NCBI GenBank assembly: GCA_963826785.1
Contig: CAWGYD010000006.1
Coordinates: 736,001 to 800,000 of the forward strand
Direction: 5' to 3'
Source of the DNA: an uncultured delta proteobacterium
GTDB taxonomy: Bacteria > Desulfobacterota > Desulfobacteria > Desulfobacterales > Desulfosalsimonadaceae
DNA length: 64,000 bases
The notes below the pieces were generated by a model. That model had not been told where the DNA came from. It did no database searches and saw only the letters and a program-made list of their open reading frames with translations. A program made the translations under genes and the position numbers. Shown in pieces: positions 48,582 to 57,302 of the stretch; position 1 is the first letter of the stretch; every line of letters starts with the position of its first letter.

Positions 48582-49439
48582 CTAGTAGATCTTGCGTCTG
48601 CCGAAGGTCGATCCCAGGACATTAAAGGTATTCTCCACGATAAACAGGGCGTTGGCGTCTATGGTAAATACCGCTTCCTCCATCCGCTTGAGCATGATGT
48701 TGTTGGTGATGGCCATCAGAATTTCCCGGTCCTGGTTCTTGTATGCGCCCCGGGCCTTGATGTAGGTCGCCCCCTGTTTCAAATTTTCAAGTATGATCCT
48801 GGCAATCTCCTCATTCTTGTCGCTGATGATCATGACGATTTTCCGCTGACTGAACATGGCCAGCATATAGTCGATGGAAACCGAAGAGATAAAAACAACG
48901 ATTAAAGATGCGATCACCAGATCGATTTCAAAGCGGATCAGAAAGAAAACGAACAGGATCGAATTGAAGATCAGATAGAACCGGCCGATTCCAAAATTGA
49001 ATCGTTGATTCAAAATGACGGCGATCACATCCAGACCGCCGCCGGAGCCAAGGGAGCGCAGGATCAGTCCGCTGCCCGCCCCGCACAGGAACCCGCCGGC
49101 AATGGCGGCGTAAAGTTGATCATGGATTTTAAGATTATAACTGATCAGATATGAGGAAATAGTGATCAGAAGAGCGGCATACAGGCTGTAAAAGAAAAAA
49201 CGCCGGCTGATCAAAAACCAGCTGATCACAAACAGGGGAATATTGAGCAGCATAAACCAGAACTCCGGGGAAAAGGCCGGATGGGAGTAATGGATCAGCA
49301 GGCCGATGCCATAGAGTCCGCTGGTGATAAAGTTCTGCTGAATCACCACGGCCTTGGCGCCGAAGGAAAACAGTACAGCGCCGGCCGTGATCAGCATAAG
49401 GTTGTAGAGGGGTCGGTATCTGAATTCGGTCGAATCCAT
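48582..49439 (-). CDS. YitT family membrane protein
   Basis: NIPLF, GSGGGLDVIA, GATYIKARGAY and IDANALF motifs. Confidence 0.9.
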   Translation of the reverse strand: MDSTEFRYRPLYNLMLITAGAVLFSFGAKAVVIQQNFITSGLYGIGLLIHYSHPAFSPEFWFMLLNIPLFVISWFLISRRFFFYSLYAALLITISSYLISYNLKIHDQLYAAIAGGFLCGAGSGLILRSLGSGGGLDVIAVILNQRFNFGIGRFYLIFNSILFVFFLIRFEIDLVIASLIVVFISSVSIDYMLAMFSQRKIVMIISDKNEEIARIILENLKQGATYIKARGAYKNQDREILMAITNNIMLKRMEEAVFTIDANALFIVENTFNVLGSTFGRRKIY

Positions 49440-49873
49440 TCTGATCCTGTGCGAATATGTTGTAAGTGTTCTAAAATGAATACAAAAAGAATTTGCCATA
49501 AAGACCGGGCACTGCGGTTTCATCCCCGCCTTATCGCTTCTGAATTATTTTTTCAAGCATATTGCATAAGGATAGAAAGGAAACGCGTGAAGGCAGAAAG
49601 CGGGAAAAGAGGGGCCGCCTGTTTATCCTCATGGATAAAAATCGACTCAAGATTTTAATTCCTAAAGCGATGGTTCCAAATACTGTCCAGACTGCCCGCA
49701 AGTACAGGATGTACCCCATATATTTCATTTCAGATCTTCTTTAAGGTAGCAGGCATCTCTTCAATGCCAGGGCGCAGCCGTGGCCCGTGATCCTTAAGTC
49801 ATAAACATCTGTCAAAAAAAATTGTGATAACTTCATTTATTCGCTTTTATTGACGATTGTGAAAGGATGCCCG

Positions 49874-50623
49874 ATGGACGTTCAGATGCGTTCAGGTTCG
49901 GAATTCGGCGGGCAGATGCCCGCCCCTATGGTCATGCGGTTTTCCCAATCCGGTCTGCGCCGCAGGGGAACATATCATCATGACCCCGGTAGAATCATTG
50001 GTATCAACCAGGAAACGCCGACCGCCTGCCAGGAGGCAGCGGATCATTTTGTCCGTCAGGCACATGATGCGATTCGCTTAAACGGCCGTTTTAATGTAGC
50101 CCTTTGCGGCGGCGGTATGGCGGAGAAAATGTGTGACCTGCTTTCCCGGCCGCCGCTTGCCAATCAAGTCGAATGGGGAAAAACCCATCTTTACCTGGTA
50201 AATGAATTGGGCGTGCCATCCGATGATCGCCGATCGCATTTCCAAATGCTGAAGACCGGACTGCTGGCGCAAGTTCCGGTGCCCCTGGCGCAGATTCATC
50301 CGATACCGAGTCAGCTGCCCGCTTCTTTAGCCGCTGTTTACTATAATCATCTGATGCAGGCCCTGTTCGACAGCAGCGGATTGGACATGGTCTTTCTGCA
50401 GTGGGGGGAATACGGGCACAATCATTTTTTCGCAAATCAGACACCGGTAGTGCAAAAAACACATGCATGGGTTGCCGAACTTTATTTCCCAAAGCGCAAT
50501 CTGTACGCAATCACACTGACCATGCGTGCCGTGTACCGGGCTCGGAAAGCCGTGTTCCTGATACATCAGAATGCCAAAGAATATCATTTGAAAAATCTTT
50601 CATTGATCAATAAATCATCTTAA
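49874..50623 (+). CDS. 6-phosphogluconolactonase-like protein (degenerate motifs)
   Basis: FNVALCGG, VEWGKTHLY, VPSDDRRS, QIHPI and ITLT recognisable; upstream of a ROK kinase. Confidence 0.7.
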   Translation: MDVQMRSGSEFGGQMPAPMVMRFSQSGLRRRGTYHHDPGRIIGINQETPTACQEAADHFVRQAHDAIRLNGRFNVALCGGGMAEKMCDLLSRPPLANQVEWGKTHLYLVNELGVPSDDRRSHFQMLKTGLLAQVPVPLAQIHPIPSQLPASLAAVYYNHLMQALFDSSGLDMVFLQWGEYGHNHFFANQTPVVQKTHAWVAELYFPKRNLYAITLTMRAVYRARKAVFLIHQNAKEYHLKNLSLINKSS

Positions 50624-50642
50624 AAGACATACGGAAGCCGGA

Positions 50643-51626
50643 ATGACGGAATCGACCTTTGCCATCGGCGTGGATCTCGGCGGCACCAAAATCGCCTACG
50701 CGCTGGTAGACCGGAACGGACAGATTCAGGAGGAGCTTCGTCAGCCCACCGATGCCGCCGTCCGGTGGGAGACGGTGGTCTCCCAGATCATCGAGGGGGT
50801 CAAAGCGATAACTGCCAAAACGGGGATTACGCCCGCAGGTATCGGGGTGGGTGTGGCCGGACAGGTAGACCGAAAAACCGGGGCCGTGCGGTTTGCCCCC
50901 AATCTGCGCTGGCACGAAAAGCCGCTTCGGGCGGTTCTTGAAGATGCCCTGCAGGTGCAGGTGAGAGTGGATAATGATGTGCGCACGGCGACCTGGGGGG
51001 AATGGCTTTATGGGGCCGGAAAAGACTGCGACGATCTGATCTGCGTATTCGTGGGTACGGGCATCGGCGGCGGGATCGTCTCCGGGGGCCAAATGCTGCA
51101 CGGCTGCTCCAATACGGCAGGGGAGATCGGGCATATTACCGTTGATCTTCACGGCCCCCTGTGCACCTGCGGAAATCAGGGCTGCATGGAAGCCCTGGCC
51201 GGCGGCTGGGCCATTGCCAAGCGGGCGCGAAATATCGTGATCAGCCATCCTGAACTGGGAGCCGGAATTTCCATGCTGACAAATGACCGGATCGAAGATA
51301 TCACCGCAGTCGAGGTGCTCAGGGCCTATCGAGCGCATGATCCATTGGCAAAAGTGCTGATCCGGGAAGTCGTCGAAGCGCTGGTGGCCGGAGTGGCCAG
51401 CCTGGTCAGCATGGTCAATCCCTGCAGAATCATTCTGGGAGGCGGGATTGTCGGCGGCCTGCCCGAATTGGTGGAACGGGTGGACCGGGGAGTTCGATAC
51501 CGGACGCTGTCAGCTGCCTCGGAACCCCTGCGAGTGTTTGCGGCCCAGTTGGGCGATCAGGCGGGCGTGGTCGGAGCAGCGGCCATGGCCATGCAATCTG
51601 TGAAAAAGGGGCAGAGCGGGCACTAA
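50643..51626 (+). CDS. ROK family sugar kinase (glucokinase-like)
   Basis: GVDLGGTK, DNDV, GTGIGGG, GEIGH and CTCGNQGCME motifs. Confidence 0.92.
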   Translation: MTESTFAIGVDLGGTKIAYALVDRNGQIQEELRQPTDAAVRWETVVSQIIEGVKAITAKTGITPAGIGVGVAGQVDRKTGAVRFAPNLRWHEKPLRAVLEDALQVQVRVDNDVRTATWGEWLYGAGKDCDDLICVFVGTGIGGGIVSGGQMLHGCSNTAGEIGHITVDLHGPLCTCGNQGCMEALAGGWAIAKRARNIVISHPELGAGISMLTNDRIEDITAVEVLRAYRAHDPLAKVLIREVVEALVAGVASLVSMVNPCRIILGGGIVGGLPELVERVDRGVRYRTLSAASEPLRVFAAQLGDQAGVVGAAAMAMQSVKKGQSGH

Positions 51627-52459
51627 TTGGCTCGATGCCCGGGGTATTGTCTATTGCCGTCAGGAAACAGCTGATTGAACCGCAGGGGAAGATAGCTGGC
51701 CCGGAGGTATATCTGGGGAAATTCGTCGGAAAGATCTGAATATCGGTAAATCGCGTTCAGTATCTGGTGGATGTGCCGGTCTCCGGACCAGATGGTTTTG
51801 GATTCCCGTTCAATTCCGGATTTGGTGCAGCAGTTGGCCACAAAACAGATGTCCGTCTCGCTGGGCGGGTCAAACATTTCGAATTCAAAGTAGTCTTTGC
51901 AGAAGTCCACAATGGACCCATGGAGCGGATGTGATTTCAAGTCGAATACCTGTCCGTTTTTTCTCAATGTTTCCAGAAACATATCAATATGTTCCAGGAA
52001 AAGCTTCTGATGCTTCCAGATGTCTTCGATCCAGCTGTCCCGGTGGCAGCTCCGGTTGTGGTACGCTCTGAAAAACTGACGCACGCCATTGTTCAACTCC
52101 GCATGGATGTCGGTGGTAATACAAATGGACGGTGCATAGATGACTTCTTCAATGACCCGGATAAAGCGTTTCAGTTCGTAGAAGAGCATGGGCAGATAGC
52201 CGGCCAGTTCACGGTCGTTCACCCGTTTGATAAATCCGATATAGTTGAAAATCTGGTTGATCTGGGCGGATTTGACATAACCGGGATAGCGGGGCGTCCC
52301 TTTTTCTATGGCCTGGGTTTTCCGGGGATCATCGATTCTGGGGATAGGGAAGTTATACGGGATGTAAGCGGTTAAAATATTGGAATCGACAATATTTTCA
52401 AACCGGTTATTCTCCAGTTCACATTTCAGCAGATGCGCATAATTTTCAAATTCTTGCAC
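51623..52459 (-). CDS. Hypothetical protein, possible PIN-like domain
   Basis: IVDSNIL, HAE, SETD and WSGDRH motifs; GTG start inferred after AGGGG. Confidence 0.6.
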   Translation of the reverse strand: MQEFENYAHLLKCELENNRFENIVDSNILTAYIPYNFPIPRIDDPRKTQAIEKGTPRYPGYVKSAQINQIFNYIGFIKRVNDRELAGYLPMLFYELKRFIRVIEEVIYAPSICITTDIHAELNNGVRQFFRAYHNRSCHRDSWIEDIWKHQKLFLEHIDMFLETLRKNGQVFDLKSHPLHGSIVDFCKDYFEFEMFDPPSETDICFVANCCTKSGIERESKTIWSGDRHIHQILNAIYRYSDLSDEFPQIYLRASYLPLRFNQLFPDGNRQYPGHRAN

Positions 52460-52844
52460 AAAAAACCCCTGCCGACAAGCCCGTTCACACAAAAACGCAT
52501 TACCCGTGTATGCCCAACCTGATGGACCCATATTCCATCGAAGTAAAATGCGTGGCAGTAACATTTATGAGTCGATTGGCTTGGGCGCACTGATCCGTCA
52601 ATACGCCGCAGATGTTCAAGCGGCTTTTAAAAAAAACCAAGGTAAGGTCAAAGAGCAGTAGAAAACTGTTACATTACAGGAAAAGAAAAATGAGTACAAA
52701 ATTTTTGCAATTTAAATTCTATATGTCAAGCAAATTACGAATTGCTCAATTATCCTTTCACTTCCAGGTTGTTTTTGATTAAAAGGAACTTAATTTAAAA
52801 ATTTTGATCAAATGACCCAAGTGTTTCCGGAGGTGAAAAATCGA

Positions 52845-53657
52845 ATGGTGCGTATCAATGGTCCCATGGACATCTTTAAACTGTTGAATCAAAACAACTG
52901 CAGGGAGTGCAACGAGAAAACCTGTCTGGCGTTTGCCGTGGCCGTATTCAAGAACAGACGGCAGCTCAGTGAATGTCCGCATCTCGAAGACGATGTCATC
53001 GAGCGGTTTGGGGGCGAAACCGAAAAGCCCAATACCGTCGATGAATTCATGGACGAAGCGGTCGCGCAGCTGAAAAAAAGAATCAGTGAAATCGATCTGG
53101 CCGCGGCCGCCGACCGGCTGCACGCCCGGTATGAAAATCAGAAACTTACGGTAAAGGTGCTGGGCAAGGATTTCAGCGTGGATGCACAGGGCCGCATTTC
53201 AACCGACATCCATGTCAATCCCTGGATTGCCGTTCCCGTCTTAAATTATATCTTAAATGGGAAGGGGCGGCCGGTTTCCGGCAACTGGGTGACCTTCAGG
53301 GATCTTGAAAACGGCCGATCCCGGTACGCGCTTTTTCATCAGCGCAGTGAAATTCCATTAAAGAAGGTGGCCGACACCTATCCGGATCTGTTTGCGGACA
53401 TGCTCGATATTTTCGACGGCAAACGCATAGAGGGGCACGTGGACTCGGATATATCGATCGTCCTGCATCCGCTGCCGTTAATGCCCATACTGGTCTGCTA
53501 CTGGGAGCCCGAAGACGGCCTTGAATCCAGCCTTCACCTGTTTTTGGACCAGACTGCGGAAGAAAATCTGGATGTCGATTCCATATATACCCTCTGCGCG
53601 GGGATGGTGAAGATGCTTGAAAAGCTTTCTTTGCGGCACCGCTATGATCAATCCTGA
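52845..53657 (+). CDS. Fe-S cluster protein with DUF3786-like domain
   Basis: NCRECNEKTCLAFA...CPHL N-terminal Fe-S motif; GGAGG RBS. Confidence 0.82.
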   Translation: MVRINGPMDIFKLLNQNNCRECNEKTCLAFAVAVFKNRRQLSECPHLEDDVIERFGGETEKPNTVDEFMDEAVAQLKKRISEIDLAAAADRLHARYENQKLTVKVLGKDFSVDAQGRISTDIHVNPWIAVPVLNYILNGKGRPVSGNWVTFRDLENGRSRYALFHQRSEIPLKKVADTYPDLFADMLDIFDGKRIEGHVDSDISIVLHPLPLMPILVCYWEPEDGLESSLHLFLDQTAEENLDVDSIYTLCAGMVKMLEKLSLRHRYDQS

Positions 53658-53877
53658 GACTTAGAAACTTTCTTCATTTTCCGGGCGAATTGCTCTAAAA
53701 CATTAAAATACGGCTTTTGAGCAAAAGCGCGCGATTTCAAGGAATACGGGCGACGATCAATCGTGAACCCTGATAATTATGGGTTTGCTGATGTGCATCC
53801 GGGGGAAGGCATGGTTATGATTTTCATTAAAGGCAGTCAAGCCGATTTTGAAAATGGAAGCAGAAAGGAGGCAATCC

Positions 53878-54039
53878 ATGCCGAAAGAAATGAAGGACAC
53901 GGAAAAAGGCGGAAAGGATCGGATCCGGGAACTTAAGAAAGAACAGCAGGAAGAAATGGAAGAATCTGAAGTCAAGGAAGTGGGGAAATACCCGAAAGCC
54001 AAAGGGGATACGCAGCAGGACGTCCCTCCCGGCACCTGA
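53878..54039 (+). CDS. Small highly charged hypothetical protein (53 aa)
   Basis: AGGAGG RBS 7 nt before ATG; K/E-rich. Confidence 0.55.
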   Translation: MPKEMKDTEKGGKDRIRELKKEQQEEMEESEVKEVGKYPKAKGDTQQDVPPGT

Positions 54040-54097
54040 TATCTAAAACATCATCGGTATCCCGGAACAAGCATCCGAATGCCGGATAACTTGAAAA

Positions 54098-54796
54098 TCA
54101 CAGCCCGCGGTGAATTATGCCCGCGGGCTGTTTGGCTTCTGGCCGGCAAAATAAACAGAAAAGAACGGATGCCATCCCGCCGAGGGTGCCGCCGAGATGG
54201 CAGACGGCCAGCGGCGTGCCGCACAAACCGAATTGAAGAAACGAAAACAGCACCGTTCCGCTGGCGGCTTCATAGACTGATTTGCACAATACCACCGCCA
54301 GGCAGATCACACCGGTGGTAAATTCGGATTTTTTCTGCATCATCTCCAGGGCGGAAACCGCCATCAGGCCGTGTGCGGTCCCTGAGAGTCCGCACAGCCC
54401 CAGGGTCCGGATCTGCGGATCAAACCCCCAGGCCGCCGCCAGTCCGGCGGCGCCGCAAATTCCCGCATGGAAAAGCCGCCGGCCCATGCGCTCTTCCGAA
54501 AGGCCGCCATAGAGCAGCAAAAAGGCCCCCGCATCCAGCAGGAAATGATACCAGGTCAAATGTACGAATGGATGCGTCACGATCCGGTACCAGTCCCCGG
54601 CAAGCCATTTATCCGGAAAGAACACCAGAGCGCGGCAGGAGTAGCCCAGCAACAGGTGCGCATTGAGCAGCAGGATGATGCCGGCAAATATCATCGTATC
54701 CGGCCGGATGCCGATGCTGGCTGAAAGGGTCGCCCATCTACCCAGGGTATGCAAAAGCGGTGGGCGCGCATCGGCCCGATTGGCATAAATGGCCAT
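54098..54796 (-). CDS. Rhombosortase (rhomboid-family intramembrane protease)
   Basis: WYRIVTHPFVHLTWYH, GLSGTAHGL and HLGG motifs; directly follows a C-terminally tagged target; start uncertain. Confidence 0.85.
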   Translation of the reverse strand: MAIYANRADARPPLLHTLGRWATLSASIGIRPDTMIFAGIILLLNAHLLLGYSCRALVFFPDKWLAGDWYRIVTHPFVHLTWYHFLLDAGAFLLLYGGLSEERMGRRLFHAGICGAAGLAAAWGFDPQIRTLGLCGLSGTAHGLMAVSALEMMQKKSEFTTGVICLAVVLCKSVYEAASGTVLFSFLQFGLCGTPLAVCHLGGTLGGMASVLFCLFCRPEAKQPAGIIHRGL

Positions 54797-54892
54797 TTCT
54801 ATCCTTTCGGTTGAGCCGGGACGAAGCGTCCCGGCCGTGTGGATTTTCATTGGCGTTTGAGTTGATACCCGACGCAAATGCAGAATGATGGA

Positions 54893-56968
54893 TTAATGCG
54901 GGTGTCGATTCTTTCGGCGCCGCAGCCACAGGGCGAGCCCGGCAAACAGCGGCCCCACCGGCCCGGCACCCAGGCTGAAATCGCGGCTCTGCGACCTGGC
55001 GGGGGCGGGAGAGCTGGGCTGCTGTGCTGCGGGCGCCTGGGCCAGCTTCGGCGCATCTGATGCAGGGGCTGCCGGATCCTGGGGCCCGATGCCGGCCACG
55101 GCCTTGGACTTTATTTTTTCCAGCTGTGCCTGACGTTCGGTCTGGGCTTTCCGGTCCCGCTCCAGGCGAAGGCTGTTTTTCCGCTCGATCTTCCATCGCT
55201 GGTACTCGGCATCATTTTCCAGCACCAGAAAAGAGGTGTATTCAGTGACGATGGAAAAAGCTTCTCCCAGCCGGATGATCTCACCCGTGACTGCTAAGCG
55301 CGATCCGGTCCGATCCGCGGCCTTGAGCAGCTGATCCACTCGCTTTAACGCCCACATCCGTTCGATCTCCGGGTTTTGGAGATCCTGATCCGGGAATGCA
55401 AGATCCATGGATTGGGTGATCGCCACGCCGGCCACATTGCCGGTCAGGGTCACCCTGCCGGTTCCGCTGGAGCTGTAGCGCCCGTAGATTCGCAAGGGGG
55501 AGCCGTAATAGAGATTGGGAAGTGCGGCGGGTTCCACATCAGAAACGCTGATTCCGGAGATTTCCATCCTCAGGTCCGAGGCTGCCGGCCGCATCAGTTT
55601 GCGCCTGAAGGCCTTGGCGGCCCGCTGGAAATTGTCGCCATTGGAGATGAATGCCGCAAGGCCACCCGAGTCCTCGGCCATCTGGGAAAGCATGGGCCGG
55701 TTGACCTCGTTTCCGATGCCGATGCAGAAAACGCGGGCATTGGCCGGTCGGGAGGCGATCATCTGCAGCAGCACCTGCCGCTCCTTCTGCTCGGTCATGC
55801 CGTCGCTCATGATGACGACATTCAAGGGCCGGTCGGAATCGCCGTATTTATAGGCGATGGTCAGGGCGGGGGAAAGTTCGGTGCCGCCCCGGGCCTGCTG
55901 GCCGGCCATGAACTGCATTGCCTGCTGTCGGAAATCCACCGTGCCCGCCTTCAGGCTGCCGAACAGAACCTGGGGGGCGACATTGAAGGTCATCACCTCA
56001 AACCGGTCGGTTTCGCCCAATTCGCTGATAAATGCGTCCAGTGCGTTTTTGGAGACCACCAGCTTGCCGTCATTGGCCATGGAGCCGGACACGTCCAGCA
56101 CGAACACGTAATCCATGCCCGTATCGAGTTTTTCCAGTTCCTTTCCGGTGGCCACAGTCATGCAAAAAAATCCGTCTTCCCCTTTTTGACGGGAAGTGAT
56201 CAGGTCGATGCCGGTCCTGGGGCGGGAAATGTCATAGTTGATGACCACATCAGATGCCAGACTGCCGCCGGCGGCCTCCAGGGATGCCTGGCAGTATGTA
56301 TCGGCATGCCTGGCCACCACGAATACATCGGGATGGCTGGGGCTTTTGATGTCAACAATGGGAATGGCCGATTTGACGTCCAGGTTGATGGCGAAACGGC
56401 CGGTGGTTCCGGCGTTGATGTCCCTGCGCGTAACCGTCGCCAGGGGGTAGACATAGGTGGCCTGGTCATGATCGACATTGAGTTCCTGGTAATAGGTGAT
56501 GCGCACCTTCTGTTCCGCCCCGGCGTTGATGGGGAAGATGCGCATCTCGAATGTTTTGTAATCCACCTGCTCCAGCAGGCCCGGGTCTCGGCGCTTCTGT
56601 TTGTAGCTGTTGTAGATTTGCCGGGCCCGTTCCTTTTCCACCACCTCACCGGTCATTTCCTTTCCATTGATCCACATGGAGAAATTGGCCACCGAGGCGC
56701 CATTGGGGACCGGAAAGGTGTACAGGGCCTCCACCTGGCGCTGTTCGGTGTTGATAAATACCTGGGTGACATCGGTAACCGCCACGCCGTTGTTGATGGA
56801 GACATTGACCGCATGTTCCTTGATTTGAAGCACCCCTCCGAAGCCGCCGTCGGCAATAAGCAGCCCGGCGGCTTCCGAAGAAGCGGGCAGGAGCACAAAC
56901 AGCATCACCAGCAGCGCAGCCGCCAAAGAAAAAGTGAGAGACCTGATCCGGTTGAACCCGTTTTTCAT
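54893..56968 (-). CDS. Secreted VIT plus vWA domain protein with GlyGly-CTERM-like tail
   Basis: Signal peptide, VIT (EALYTFPVP, RDPGLLE), MIDAS DVSGSM and SDG; tail GAGPVGPLFAGLALWLRRRK. Confidence 0.9.
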   Translation of the reverse strand: MKNGFNRIRSLTFSLAAALLVMLFVLLPASSEAAGLLIADGGFGGVLQIKEHAVNVSINNGVAVTDVTQVFINTEQRQVEALYTFPVPNGASVANFSMWINGKEMTGEVVEKERARQIYNSYKQKRRDPGLLEQVDYKTFEMRIFPINAGAEQKVRITYYQELNVDHDQATYVYPLATVTRRDINAGTTGRFAINLDVKSAIPIVDIKSPSHPDVFVVARHADTYCQASLEAAGGSLASDVVINYDISRPRTGIDLITSRQKGEDGFFCMTVATGKELEKLDTGMDYVFVLDVSGSMANDGKLVVSKNALDAFISELGETDRFEVMTFNVAPQVLFGSLKAGTVDFRQQAMQFMAGQQARGGTELSPALTIAYKYGDSDRPLNVVIMSDGMTEQKERQVLLQMIASRPANARVFCIGIGNEVNRPMLSQMAEDSGGLAAFISNGDNFQRAAKAFRRKLMRPAASDLRMEISGISVSDVEPAALPNLYYGSPLRIYGRYSSSGTGRVTLTGNVAGVAITQSMDLAFPDQDLQNPEIERMWALKRVDQLLKAADRTGSRLAVTGEIIRLGEAFSIVTEYTSFLVLENDAEYQRWKIERKNSLRLERDRKAQTERQAQLEKIKSKAVAGIGPQDPAAPASDAPKLAQAPAAQQPSSPAPARSQSRDFSLGAGPVGPLFAGLALWLRRRKNRHPH

Positions 56969-57031
56969 GATATCCTCCTTGAGTTGGACGGTTTTGAGTT
57001 TTACAGACAAACGGATTTGAGGTTCAACAGA

Positions 57032-57046
57032 TCAATAAGCGTGCCA
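57032..57046 (-). promoter_or_regulatory. Putative sigma-54 promoter of the VIT-vWA/rhombosortase pair
   Basis: TGGCAC-GCTTA-TTGA on the minus strand. Confidence 0.6.
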
Positions 57047-57302
57047 TAACCGAAAATGATGCGGTATGCAGCTGTAATAATATTGTATTCTAATTCAGGC
57101 GGGGCGGCCGGGAATCTTTACCGGTATGCATGGCATGTGCGGGAAATGTACATCAGGTGCCGGATAAAGTCTTGCAAAACAATGGTTTATATTGACAACC
57201 CTGTTTTAGTTACAAAACAATGTTTCATTGGCGGCCATGCGCCGGCGACGCATGGCCGCCCAAGCGACGGCAACTTTCAGGCAGGTTTTTTGGAAGAGGG
57301 GG

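Noticed and set aside
55376..57049. Long antisense ORFs (557 aa here; also 14717-16165 and 46944-48332)
   Set aside because: Shadow frames of real genes in GC-rich DNA with no protein motifs.
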